Origin: Eledone cirrhosa
Lineage: Eukaryota
Direction of reading: 5' to 3'
Length of the DNA stretch: 64,000 bases
Assembly (NCBI GenBank): GCA_964016885.1
Contig: OZ024744.1
Span: forward strand, 75,702,001 to 75,766,000
Positions 14,993 through 28,748 of the stretch are shown in pieces. A program made the translations under genes and the position numbers. Within the stretch, counting starts at the first letter, position 1. Each line of letters begins with the position of its first letter. The notes below the pieces were generated by a model. The model was not told where the DNA came from and did no database searches. It saw nothing but the letters and a program-made list of their open reading frames with translations.

Positions 14993-15902
14993 ATGGTGGC
15001 TGCCAACTCGTTTTCGAGTACAGCCACTACTTTATATCCATGTAGGAGAACCCCTACCGATGCGCTGAACGAGTGTGACTTTTTAGTCCAGCCAGCGACT
15101 TGAACACTCTGGTACAAACACTACACTTGTGACAATTATTGACACATAGTGCTTTACCTTTGGTACCATGTGACGACAAGTGCAGAGAGATCTCCAGATA
15201 CAAAGCAATGCCTGTGCCCTGAAGCTTTTATAGTGAGCAAAGGCACTGCACAAAGCCAGTCCCACTCTTTTAACCAAGCTGATATTTACCAAAAAAAAAA
15301 ACAAGTCAACATCATTGGATACCATCAGGGTTGCAGGTGTTATATCAGAGTTTTCCTTCTCCTAGAATTCTGCCTTTACAAAGGCTAAGGGGTCATCTCT
15401 CACCGTGATTTTGGATGGCCATTGACTCTTAAGAGCTCCTTTGCTCTTTGACAGGTTTTGTTTTTAGTCCTGCAGGATGTCCAAAGTCACCCTCCTCACC
15501 AAGAAACCTTGGTGGGATTGCCAGTTTAGTCGCCAACGACCCAACCATGAGACAGGTTGTACTGGGATACATGTTACCAGTAGCATACATACATACATGC
15601 ATACATACATACATACATACATACATACATACATACATACATACATACATACATACATACATACATACACATATGGTGGCTGCCAACTCGTTTTCGAGTA
15701 CGGCCACTACTTTATATCCATGTAGGAGAACGCCTACCGATGCGCTGACGAGTGTGACTTTTTAGTCCAGCCAGCGACTTGAAAACTCTGGTACAAACAC
15801 TACACTTGTGACAATTATTGACACAGTGCTGAGCCCATGGTACCATGTGACGACAAGTGCAGAGAGATCTCCAGATATAAAGCAATGCCTGTGCCGTGAA
15901 GC
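14993..15902 (-). mobile_element. Non-autonomous bipartite RTE-derived element (~590 bp, 14993-15584) plus a truncated copy (15673-15902), embedded in (ATAC)n
   Basis: 5' part has CTAGGAGAAGGAAAACTCTGAT, an RTE 5'UTR-like motif. 3' part has the zinc-finger codons and UTR. No EN or RT sequence lies between them. Confidence 0.7.
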
Positions 15903-17032
15903 ATACATACATACATACATACATACATACATACATACATACATACATACATACATACATACATACATAGATACATACATACATACATACATACATACAT
16001 ACATACATACATACATACATACATACATACATACATACATACATAGTCTACAAATGGCTGCGATAGCTGGCACCTTCAAAATTTGCAAAACATTCTTGCG
16101 ATTCAAGGGATGACAATTTCTTTTCTTTTACAACCTTGCCACGAGGAAGGTGGCCGGTCAAAAAAATATACTCGAAATTAAGAGAAAGAGATAACATACA
16201 TATATGATGGCTGCCCCCTTGTTATCGAGTATGGCCATGCACAATATAACAATATTAATAATTATTAATTAATTCTATCGTGCAATGCCTGTGCGTGAAG
16301 ATTTTTTTAAAAGTGAGGAAACACTGTGCACTGAGCCAATCCCATTCTCTGAGCGACAGTAGCTATAACCAGAAAAAAAGAAAAGATCAACATCATCGGT
16401 AACTACTGAGCCGCGGGTTTTAGATCGGAGTTATCCCAGTTTCCTGTGCTGCCTTCTCCTAGAAGAATAACCTGACAAAGGTTAGGGGTCCTCACTCCCA
16501 GTGGTTTAATCAGGCGATCGGGTATCCAGCTCGCGCATAAACGTACGCATGCAAACACATATACACACACATATATATACATGTACATACTCGTCTTTGG
16601 ATGGTCGTTGATGCTTATGAGTTCTTCTGTCCTTTGTACGTACATACATATATGCTTATGTACATCAAATATTTCACTTTGTGCATTCGTTCTAGCTACA
16701 CAAACAAACACTCACATACATATATACACACAAATATGTATGTATGTATACATATATACATATATAAATATATCTAGCTGTCGACACGACCGGAGCTCAG
16801 CCGTCGGGGTCCTGACTCTTTTCCTATATATATGTGTATATATATATATAGAAGTGGATGGATACTTCAACAGGTACAATGTACTTGTAGAAATATTCAA
16901 GTTGTTTATAATACATGTGGTTCAATGGCACTAATTCGAGATACCAGAACAATATAAAAGTAGCGAAACAAACGGTTATTAAACAATTTTCTAAATAAAT
17001 TAAAAAATGATTAAATAATCACCTGTTCAGAT

Positions 17033-17113
17033 GCTGTTACCGACGGTTTCATCATTCCGAAAGATTGGAAATCCAACGAATTTCCAATGGAAAGAAATGA
17101 ATCTTCAGACAGC
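17033..17113 (-). ncRNA. Type I hammerhead ribozyme (family D)
   Basis: Reverse complement of the motif at 17361-17441. Confidence 0.8.
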
Positions 17114-17360
17114 CCTATTTCCACGCTATAAGGTATAGCAAGTAAATATTATGCTCCCTGCCCAACGCATGCGGTCAAGCCGTTAAAGTGACACACACGC
17201 AAATCAGGTCGCTGATAAAAGCTGGATATTATAAACATGTCGAATTGCCACTAAAATTAGCAGCATTATTCAACGTTTTGTTCTCTACGTAAGGAGAATA
17301 AATTATAGAAGTGGATGGATACGTCAACAGGTACAATGTACCTTATAGCGTGGAAATAGG

Positions 17361-17441
17361 GCTGTCTGAAGATTCATTTCTTTCCATTGGAAATTCGTTG
17401 GATTTCCAATCTTTCGGAATGATGAAACCGTCGGTAACAGC
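17361..17441 (+). ncRNA. Type I hammerhead ribozyme (family D)
   Basis: GCTGT-CTGAAGA-TTCATT...ATTGGAAAT(TCGTTGG)ATTTCCAAT...AATGAT-GAAA-CCGTCGG-TA-ACAGC. Predicted cleavage after 17436. Confidence 0.85.
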
Positions 17442-17513
17442 ATCTGAACAGGTGATTATTTAATCATTTTTTAATTTATTTAGAAAATTGTTTAATAACC
17501 GTTTGTTTCGCCA

Positions 17514-17559
<46 letters not shown>

Positions 17560-17576
17560 CATATGTATATACATGT

Positions 17577-17967
17577 GTTTGTCAAGGCAGAATTCTAGGA
17601 GAAGGAAAACTCTGATATAACACCTGCAACCCTGATGGTATCCAATGATGTTGACTTGTTCTTCTTTTTGGTAAATATCATCTTGGTTAAGAGAGTGGGA
17701 CTGGCTTTGTGCAGTGCCTTTGCTCACTATAAAAGCTTCACGGCACAAGCATTGCTTTATATCTGGAGATCTCTCTGCACTTGTCCTCACATGGTACCAT
17801 GGGCCCAGCACTATGTGTCAATAATTGTCACAAGTGTAGTGTTTGTACCAGAGTTTTCAATACGCTGGCTGGACTAAAAAGTCACACTCGTTCAGCGCAT
17901 CGGTAGGCGTTCTCCTACATGGATATAAAGTAGTGGCCGTACTCGAAAACGAGTTGGCAGCCACCAT
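17577..17967 (+). mobile_element. Non-autonomous RTE-derived element, 5'-truncated, with (AT)n tail
   Basis: Same family as 14993-15584, opposite orientation. Confidence 0.7.
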
Positions 17968-18064
17968 ATATATATATATATATGTATATATATATGTGTA
18001 TATACATATGTATATATATATGTGTGTATATATGTATATATATATGTGTATATACATATGTATA

Positions 18065-18099
<35 letters not shown>

Positions 18100-18409
18100 A
18101 TATATATATGTAATTACATATACATATGCCTTTATATGCTTTAAGTAATTCAGTAGTAAATCATTAACCGTTTAATTATACAATTAGGTGTGTGTGTGTA
18201 TGTGAGTAAGTGTGTATGTGTGTATGAGCGTGTGTGTGTCTGTGTGTGTATGTGTGTGTGTATATATATATATTTGTGTACATATATGCATGCAACCACG
18301 TATCTGACCTTGCATGTTTTATTTTGTTGTTTTTGTTCTTTTTCACTCTCAAATTCCCTGTCTCTACTGCCCCCGCTATTTTATCCCCTTTCCTGCCCCC
18401 TCCCTTTCT

Positions 18410-18454
<45 letters not shown>

Positions 18455-18864
18455 CCCTCTCTCTCTCCTCTTTCTTTCCTGGGTTTCTGGCTGCTTGTCT
18501 TGGGCGATAAAGACTCCATCATATGCCGCAAACATCAGGCGGATGTCACCAGGCTTCGGCAACAACACGCTCCGTTTCGTGTCGTTCTTTATCAGCAAAT
18601 GAACAAGAGTGGTGAGTCCTAGAGACAGAGAGAGAGAGAGAGAGAGAGTGAGAGTGAGAGAGAGAGAGAGAGAGAGTGGGAGAGACAGACAGACTGACTG
18701 ACAGAGAGACAGAAAGACAGAGACGGACAGACGGACAGAGACTCGTATATACGCATACACATAAGCATATACACATATGTGCATATATATATATATATAC
18801 ACACACACACATACGCACAATCACACACACACGCTAGAGAAAGCACGAATGCAGCTACACATAT

Positions 18865-18906
<42 letters not shown>

Positions 18907-18954
18907 ATAGACAATTACATGCATACACGTGGACATGTATACAAACAAATATAT

Positions 18955-18986
<32 letters not shown>

Positions 18987-19315
18987 TAGAGAAAGCACGA
19001 ATGCAGCTACACATATATACACACATACAATTACACGCGTACACGTGGACATACTTATAAACAAATGTATACACAGACAGACACACACACAGACAGACAC
19101 ACAAGCACACACACACACTTACACACACTCACACACACTCACACACACACACACAAGGCTCTACACAATGTACAAAGGTCTACGCAAATGCACACGTGCA
19201 CCAGAAATCCGTTTCGGGATAATCAACTTCTTGAGGAAGCAGGAAGTTACATCTTAACCGTTATATGGAAGTTAACTGTGTCTATCATCTCTCTATCATC
19301 TCCCCCCTCTCTCTC

Positions 19316-19362
<47 letters not shown>

Positions 19363-19397
19363 CTATCTATCAATCTCTCTCTCTATCATTCTCTCTC

Positions 19398-19440
<43 letters not shown>

Positions 19441-19557
19441 CTATCTATCTATCTATCTATATATCTATCTATCTCTATTTCCTTTACATATTGTCCAGGC
19501 ATGGATTTTTTTCCACGATCAGGTCTGTTCGCGCACTCGCGTTCCAAAATACCTTAT

Positions 19558-19585
19558 CCCGTGCAACGCCGGGTACCACTGCTAG
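19558..19585 (+). mobile_element. Helitron-like 3' terminus
   Basis: GC hairpin CCCGTGCAACGCCGGG, 8 nt spacer, then CTAG|T. Similar ends occur at about 5660-5694 (+) and 38044-38071 (-). Confidence 0.5.
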
Positions 19586-19667
19586 TAATAGAATAAATAT
19601 GGTTTTATAAATATAGTTTCCATTTATTTAATATCAATTGTATATATATATATATATATACCGGTGT

Positions 19668-19704
<37 letters not shown>

Positions 19705-19709
19705 GGTGT

Positions 19710-19758
<49 letters not shown>

Positions 19759-20044
19759 GGTGTCCATCATTGTATGTATACACTTATAAATAATGGATAC
19801 ACGCACACAAACGCAATTACATACACATGTGGTGTGTTTGTGTATATATATGTGTGTGTGTAGGTGTGTGTGCGTGTGCGTGTGTGCGTGTGTGTGTATG
19901 TCAGTAAGTTTGTGCGTGCGTGTACAGACAGAGGCCTGTATACGAGGTCGGATATAACATAGGACCCTGCAGAGAGATTTAAAGAGATTCATTTAGAGAA
20001 ATGGATATATATATATAAATATCGATGTATGTATAGAGAGCTAT

Positions 20045-20164
<120 letters not shown>

Positions 20165-20200
20165 ATAGATAGATAGATAGATAGACTTACAGAGAGAGAA

Positions 20201-20241
<41 letters not shown>

Positions 20242-20615
20242 TCAGACAAACTTACAGAAAGGGAAAAAGATGAACTAGTCCAGGCTATTAAAACAGGCAC
20301 AGCACGTTTAAACAGAGGCCACATATGTTTCCTCAGGCAAACTCTCTCTTGAAAACCTTCGACAAGACACTTAAAACTCATGCACCCCACACAGTCAAGC
20401 TGTTGCCAGATGTCCAAAATGTTGTGCTTTCATTTGGATTAACTATGATGCTTTCGAAATCTAGTTTTAGTGGGGAACTCAATTTACCCGAAACAATATA
20501 AACAACAATAATAACAAAACAGTATCTTAGATAACTCTGTTTTGTACAGCTTAAAAAAAAAAAATAGATTACGCATACAGACCTAAGCACTTAAATACTC
20601 TTGTACACACACACT

Positions 20616-20753
<138 letters not shown>

Positions 20754-20901
20754 AATATATATATAGTATATACATACACCACGTTTACTGGCATCTCACA
20801 TTTATTTGTAATCTGGTACTCTCTTTACATATTTAGAAACTATAAGTATCTGTGTGGTGTGTGTGTGTGTGTGTATATGTATGTGTGTGTCTGTGTGCGC
20901 G

Positions 20902-20938
<37 letters not shown>

Positions 20939-21330
20939 GGTAAAAAGGAATAACAAAAATAACAAAACAAATGGCACAGTAATGGAAGGAATATATTAGT
21001 TTAACGCTTGAAATAGCAGGAAGAGGGTCTTAAAGTTTCGACGCTAGTCCATCATCAGAAGAAAGAATGAGAAATTAAAGAAGACATAGAAATATTGAGG
21101 GGACGGGCTGTGGCGGAACCGGAAAAAAAAACTTTTTTAGAAAAAAAGAACACGTGTTATATAATTTTTAATATAGAAATGGCTTCTACAGGACTTCAGT
21201 CAAAAGAAATCATCACGAATGAAACAGTTCTAGTCCTGTAGAAGGCATTTCTATATTAAACACTATGTTTACACTCTACGAATATATTGAGTACCTTACT
21301 TACTGTGGTTACCCCCGATTGAACCCTGGA

Positions 21331-21460
<130 letters not shown>

Positions 21461-21465
21461 GAGAG

Positions 21466-22186
21466 AGAGAATTAGTACATTTACCAACATATGTGTACAG
21501 ATGTTCACCTATGCTAGCAAATATATATGTTATGTCTTAGTACCTTTGTGGTTCTATGCAGGGGGATGCAGAACAATTATATGAAAGACGTAAAATAAGA
21601 AAATTTTAAAAATTAAAAATCAACTTACTTACTAAAATTTTCACTCCAACTAATTAGTTTCTGTAAGGGGATAAATATAGTTACATAATATAACTATAGA
21701 GAATTCCTTACGTCATCAGGGAGTCTATTCTCAGCTAAGTTCCCAGGCGATGCGCGGACACTAGGAACCCATATAAAAATAATAATAATTCAGTGGATGG
21801 AATAAAGCTAGCGAGGACTAAATTCCGGAGCACTGAAAATATTCACTGCCTCTGGTCAGTGGCAGATTCTAAAGAATCAATCACGTGACACTGAGGTTAA
21901 TCAGTTAGGAGCGGGGTGGTATTATGACAAGAGCCTACTACTACCATGAATCAGCAGTAAATTTTGGAAAGTTTTGCTCAAGAAATAATTTGGAGATAAA
22001 TATAGAGAATTAGTACATTTACCAACATATGTGTACAGATGTTCACCTATGCTAGCAAATATATATGTTATGTCTTAGTACCTTTGTGGTTCTATGCAGG
22101 GGGATGCATTTTAATAAGGGGGATACATTTTAGTAAGTAAGTTGATTTTTAATTTTTTTAATTTTCTTATTTACGTCTTTCATATA
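21466..22186 (-). mobile_element. 538-bp-unit hammerhead element (about 1.2 units) with a short inverted 5' segment
   Basis: 21466-21570 is repeated at 22004-22108. 22128-22186 is the reverse complement of about 21579-21637. Confidence 0.75.
21643..21724 (-). ncRNA. Type I hammerhead ribozyme (family E)
   Basis: Minus strand: ACTCC-CTGATGA-C-GTAAGG...TATAGTTA..TAACTATA...CCTTAC-A-GAAA-CTAATTAG-TT-GGAGT. Confidence 0.85.
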
Positions 22187-22374
22187 TATATATATATATG
22201 TAGGAAAAGTGTCAGGACCCCGACAGCTGAGCTCCAGCCGTTTCGACAGCTATTTCTGTTCAGATTTAGCTGTCGAAACGGCCGGAGTTCTTTTCCTATC
22301 ACCCACTCTGCTACCTATAGTATCGAGTACTCTGGTGACTCATGGTCCACCTGGAACCTCACCACACTTCCTTC

Positions 22375-22426
<52 letters not shown>

Positions 22427-22919
22427 GAAAAGTATAGAAAGTATTGCAGCAAGAAGCCAACAGTATTCCATAATATATAAGTGACTATAGCGTCAACATG
22501 GAAAAATAGTTAACGTAAGATGTGGGAAAATAATTCAAACTCAATTCAAAAAGAATCAGGATATAGATTCATCCACAGAATTTGGTGAAATCCAGGGAAA
22601 AATCAATAGAGCCTTAACTCATGATAAAATAAAGTTTTAAATACTCATCCTTCAATTTGGAAAAACTACAAATGCTCTGTATAGACTTAAAAAAGACAAT
22701 TTCACGAAACTTTCAGTGGAGATGGTCACAGTTGGAGTCGATCATCAGCAAAGCTCAAAGACACGATAACCAAAGTCCCACTGTTTATAATATGCCAAAA
22801 AGGGAATTTGAAAGCAGGCTAGTTCAACATCATGCGTAATTATGAAGATAAACGCACATGTAGAGACAGGGCTGGTGACGTCAGAATGGGACGAATGTCT
22901 GTTTACATGAACTAACAGT

Positions 22920-22996
<77 letters not shown>

Positions 22997-23167
22997 CATA
23001 TATATACATATATACATCTACATCTTCTGCCACACCAACTGCTAGTAATGGGCCACTGCTCTCTCTCCCACCACAGTTGTCATCATCATCATCACCACCA
23101 ATGCTTTCTTCCCCCACATCACCACCACAGCCATGCCATAGTCAAAAGAACTATAAAATAAAGTTCT

Positions 23168-23725
23168 ATGGAGCTGTATGCAGCTCCCACTAGGCACACT
23201 AGAAACCCCCAAATATGCCGCTTCTCACTACGTCAGAGACTATGCACACGTAGCGACTGTATATTTACCCATTTACCGGGTACTAGGCGCACCAGCCATC
23301 ACCAAAGCACGCTGCCTGCACGTATAGGTCGCAGTCCCAAAATCTGCCAACATTCCCAACGTGAGAGGCTATGTCTGCTGACTGACTATCCCTTCACTCA
23401 TCTCCCTGGGACACAATGCACGAACAGAAAAGGGGCTTCATGCCAACCCACAAACCAGAATAAAGCCACTCGCTGCTGCGGTAATGCTGCTCCAGTCTCC
23501 TCACAAAGACATAATTACAACAACAAAAACAACAAATGTAATGCTACTCCAGTCTTGTCACAAAGACACGATCACAACAACAAATACAACAACAACAAAA
23601 ATAACGCTGCTGCAGTCTTTTCACAAAGACACAATTACAACAAATACAACAACAACAACAAAAGAGGGAACTGCAACCCTATCCAATGCTGTAACCACAA
23701 ATCTAATAAAAAACCTGCTCCCTGA
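23168..23725 (+). pseudogene. LINE ORF1 remnant with two CCCH-like motifs
   Basis: ICRFSLRQRLCTRSDCIFTHL and ICQHSQRERLCLLTDYPFTHL, upstream of the EN domain. Confidence 0.55.
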
Positions 23726-23904
23726 ACAAAAAAAAAATCTTTCTTTTTTAGCTATGAACCTGGCAAAAGAGATAGAGAAAAACATTTTAGCCATCACCCA
23801 ACACCAACCTTGCTGTCACTAACACACAATCACAAAACAAGCCCCCTGCAACAGTCAAAACCAGCCACCACACTAGCCTCCACTTTCTTACTCAATACAC
23901 AGAA

Positions 23905-26662
23905 ATGCACAGAAATGGAAGATCCAATTCATTGAGGATTGGGTTGGTAACCATTCCATTTCACACCCCCTTCTTCATTCTTACTGAGACCCACCTTGAC
24001 AACTCCCACTTGGAGGCCGAAGTAAGAGTGAGAAATTTCACAACCATCCGTGCGGATCGTGTTGGCAGAAGGAAGGGTGGAACTGCCATTTTCCTGCATG
24101 ATTCCTTTACGGTAGATGGCAACACAACATTCTCTAATGGATACTGTGAATCAGTCACTGTGCACAATAAAGCCAATGACCTGACATTAGTTGGGCTCTA
24201 TAGGCCACCACAAACACCCATAATCTGTTTCAAAGAATGCCTCAACAGTATTAAATGCTTTATTAAACAGTGCCATTCTAGCAACATACTTTTGATGGGA
24301 GACTTTAATCTACCCTGTGTCGATTGGTCTACATGTAGTTTGAAACCATGCTCCACAGCCTCAACCACTGACAAAGAGGCTGTCGAGTCACTTCTTGACT
24401 TCATGAATGAGTTTTTCTTGTCCCAACTTGTCCTTGCACCAACGAGGCATCAGAAGAACATTCTGGATCTAGTGTTTAGTAACCACACTAACACTATATA
24501 TAATATTACAGTGGAAAAACCCTTCTCTCAGACCATAACATGGTTCTTTGTAACCGGAGATTCCACCAGCCGAAAGCTAATCCCAGGGTCCTCTCTCCAG
24601 CCCACCCATTTGATAACATGGATCTCCACAATGCCAACTGGGATGCAATTATAAACGAACTATCACATGTCGACTGGTCTTTTACACACGCACACACTTC
24701 CACCAACATCAAAACATCTTGGCAGATCTTTGTAGACAGTCACAAATATATGTACAAAACACACCCTACCAAAACCTCTGAACAAAACCAAGTGCAGTAT
24801 CCCCCAAAACAGAAAAACAATTATCAGAAAAATAAAAAGAACAAACAAAAATTAACACAGTAAAATACTGCCAACAGCAACACACACATTCAATGGCTAT
24901 CACCCTACTTGAGTCGAAAAAATATAACCTCCAGCAATGCATGATGACCATCATCAATAACCAGAGAATAGCTGAAGAGAGGTGGGCCATTGAGAAAATC
25001 AAACTCAACCCCAAAGTGTTCTTCTCATTCGCTAAAAAACACAAGGTCACCGTCTCCACTGTTGGCCCCCTAGTTGATGAAAATGGCACACTCCAGGACA
25101 ATGCCAAAACCATGGGCGAGATACTGCAGAAACAATACTGCTCTGTTTTCAGCAACCCTGATATGGCCGATCTGGGCCGTATCATTGATATTAACCCCCA
25201 ACACACTATATCTGACATAACGTTTGGCGCCCTTGATGTCTTAGCGGCAATAAACGAAATTAAATACAATTCAGCAGTAGGCCCCGACAGTTTCCCTGCT
25301 TGTGTCCAGAAGGTGTGTCGACACCAACTTGCAACTCCTCATGCTAATCTGTGGAGGAACTCACTGGACACTGGCTATATTCCTGAAAACTTTCTGTCCC
25401 AGTCCGTTGTCTCAGTCTTCAAAAAGGGAAATTAATCCCTTGCTGTGAACTACCTTCCGATCTCACTCACCTCTCATATTATCAAGGCATTTGAGAGGGT
25501 GGTGAATTCACGAAAAACCCTCTTTCTTGAAAGCAACGGCCTACTGAACTCCAACCAACATGGATTCCGCAATGGAAGGGACTGCCTAACGCAGCTCCTG
25601 CATCACTTTGACGATGTTTTGAGAGCCTTGGGAGAGGGCTCCAACACTGATGTCATCTACCTTGATTTCAGCAAGGCCATCGACAGTGTTGATCATAAGA
25701 TTCTATTGAAAAAACTATCCAATGTTGGTGTCTCTGGAAGGTTACTACATTGGATCAAATGTTTCCTGACAGGCAGAACCCAGCATGTTGTAGTCGAAGG
25801 AGTAAAATCAAGCCCTGCCAAAGTCAGCAGTGACGTCCCACATGGCAATGTGTTGGGCCCACTTCTTTTCATCATCTACATTAATGACATTACTGACATC
25901 ATCAAACACAGCAACATCAGAATCTTCGCAGATGATTCCATGCTCCAAAGGGTCATCAATGAGGTGGGTGACCGGACTTGCCTTCAGTCAGACCTACTGG
26001 CTGTTATCCAATGGGCAGAGATGAATAATATGCTGTTGAATGAGGATAAATTTGAACTAATCCACTTTGGAAAATAGGATGCCCTGAAACTACCATACTC
26101 TCTTCCCTCGGGTGAAACTCTAGTGGCTTCCAATAAAATCAGAGACCTGGGAGTAATTGTGGACAACAATATAAGCTGGGCCACTCATATAAACAGCAAA
26201 GTTGATATGGCCTGCAGAATGTGTTCCTGGATTCTCAGAACTTTCCAGTCGAGAGATATCTACACTGTTCTCCTTCTCTTCTCCACTTTTTCCCGACCCC
26301 ACCTTGAATACTGTTGTGCACTGTGGTCACCACACACGAAACAAAGTATCATGAAAGTTGAAGCACCCCAAAGGTCAATTACAAAAAAGATAGTTGGCAT
26401 GGCAGGCCTTGACTATTGGGGTCGATTAGAAAAGCTCAAACTTTATTCACTTCAACGTCGCCGTGAGCGCTACATTATCTGTATGGTGTGGAAAATATTT
26501 CATCAGCTTAGCCCAAATGATGTTGGCATCACCTTTAGTGTACACCCAAGGGTTGGGCCCCGTGCTATCCGCCCACGACAAAAATCCCACTCGCATCACA
26601 TTACAACAATACGGCATTATTATTTCACCTCAATTGGCCCTGCACTCTTTAACATTACATGA
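23905..26662 (+). pseudogene. LINE ORF2 (APE-RT), split over ORFs starting at 23905, 24540, 24893, 25445 and 26123
   Basis: Collinear EN and RT motifs interrupted by stops and frameshifts. Confidence 0.9.
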
Positions 26663-26903
26663 AAATACATCAAAGCAGGGACAGACCCCATCAAGTTCAA
26701 GAAGTTTTGGATAAATTCCTTCAAGAAATCCCGGATAAGCCTCCTACAACCGGATATTATCCGTAAACAATAACTCTCTGCTCGAGTAGGCCATGGTGCC
26801 CAAACACTGATTTGTAAGACTTCGCCAGATGGTGCTATCAAGTTAGACATGGCCTGGGCCAATATTGGCCGAAACCTATCAAAGTTATCAAAGTTATATA
26901 TAT

Positions 26904-26940
<37 letters not shown>

Positions 26941-27330
26941 AATAATGTTTTTTTCAGCCCTTTTACATAAACTTCATTTGCATGCTCATCTTAATAATTT
27001 GAAATATCTGACTTTTCTTTCTTCTCTTCCCTTCACTATCCAGGGATAACTTGAACCGTTAAGGTATATTATTCTTGGTTATGTCAACATTTATAAAACA
27101 CACTTCGTATATTATCTGATGATAGCGTACCAACATTTTTGGTACCCTTGCAATATATATAATAGAATAAATGTGGTTTTATAAATATAGTTTCCATTTA
27201 TTTAATATCATTGTATGAAATACTGTTGAGTGCTCTAAACCAGTTATAAACATTTATATTTGTTGAATTACCAACAGATTGAATATCCCTTATGCTTATA
27301 TATATATATATCTATATATATCTATATATA

Positions 27331-27437
<107 letters not shown>

Positions 27438-27565
27438 GTATATATATATATATATATATATGGGGGGGTGCGCGCGCGTGTGTGTGTGAGTGTGTGCGTT
27501 GGTGAATGTGTCTGTTGACATTTGGAATATAGCTTAAGAGAAACTTGAAGATAATGGTATGATAA

Positions 27566-27750
27566 TGGTGGATTGGCAGTATCGGTAGAGGGTCGGACGC
27601 CCTGCTTTCCAGCATAGTTACGTCCCTTAACGTTCTGAGTTCAAATCCCGCCGAGGTTGACTTTGCCTTTCATCCTTACGGGGTCGATAAAATAAAGTAC
27701 CAGTAATGCACTGGGTAATTGCTGGCCTTGTGCCTAAAGTAGAAACAAAT
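27566..27750 (+). mobile_element. tRNA-derived SINE, family 1
   Basis: Full consensus match. Confidence 0.85.
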
Positions 27751-28122
27751 ATTTTGAACTGGTCTATAGAATTCTCTAGGCCTTTGTCACTCTAAGTAGA
27801 ACCTTAAATAATTAGTTTTTAAAGAATTTCCCTTTTCTTTAAATCCATCAACCATGACTGACCCCCAACGATCTTATAGACACCTGAAATATAGGCATTG
27901 TTAGCTTAAGAGAAACTTAAAAATATGGAGTGGCACCCCATTCTGAACTTGTTTATAGAATTCTTTCTGCCTTTGTTACTCTAAATATAAATTATAGCTT
28001 TAAAGAATTAGCTTTTAATGAATTCTCTTTTCTATCAACCAATGACCTCTACCCATCCCACTTCCTACCCTCTCCTACCACATGAAGAGACCTATAAATA
28101 CCATATTTATTTTTTTATACCC

Positions 28123-28173
28123 AGATTTCTGATGATTTCTAAAGAATGAAACAGTTCTAGTCCTGTAGAATCT
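28123..28173 (+). ncRNA. Type I hammerhead ribozyme (family A, second copy)
   Basis: Same as 4800-4850 except stem I AGATTT/GAATCT (G-U pair). Confidence 0.8.
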
Positions 28174-28699
28174 CATCTATATTAAAAAAAAATATCTTTA
28201 TATGTATATACATATATATATGCCAGTATCATTTCTGATTTTTGCGTTTCGCTTCGCTTTTCCTGCCCGCCGAAAATGTGATTCTCGCTGAATCTTTATT
28301 TGTATATATATATATACAATGATATTAAATAAATGGAAACTATATTTATAAAATCATATTTATTCTATTGTATACATTTCAAGGGTACCAAAAATTTTGG
28401 TACGCTATATATATATATTTATATATATATATATATATATAAAATATGTAGTTTAGAAAGCCACAACAATGCAGATGGGAAATCTAGAGGTAGGAAGTTA
28501 GTGAGAAATAGGAGAAAAGTGAAAATTGAGTGAAACGAAAAAACGAAAACAAAACAAAGGTAGAAGGGTTTCTCTCAATTTTCACTTTTCTCCTATTTCT
28601 CACTAACTTCCTACCTCGAGATTTCCCATCTGCATTGTTGTGGCTTTCTAAACTACATATTTTACATATTCCACAATGCTTCAAGCAAACTTTAACACC

Positions 28700-28748
<49 letters not shown>

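Larger units (their letters stand above)
16849..17520. mobile_element. 457-bp-unit hammerhead element (about 1.1 units, minus strand) with an inverted segment
   Basis: Direct repeat GAAGTGGATGGATAC.TCAACAGGTACAATGTAC at 16851 and 17308. 17341-17520 is the reverse complement of about 16955-17132. Both ends lie in (TA)n. Confidence 0.75.
23030..26897 (+). mobile_element. Decayed CR1/L2-group LINE (ORF1 remnant, APE endonuclease, RT)
   Basis: EN motifs LTETHL, GLYRPP, MGDFN, ILDLVF. RT motifs QHGFR, YLDFSKA, LGPLLF, FADD. C-terminal RPHLEYC and LYSLQRRRERY. Tail (TATCAAAGT)2 runs into (TA)n. Several stops and frameshifts. Confidence 0.9.

Noticed and set aside
27566-27660. tRNA gene calls at A/B-box motifs
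   Set aside because: They are SINE heads, followed by the shared body and ATT tail.
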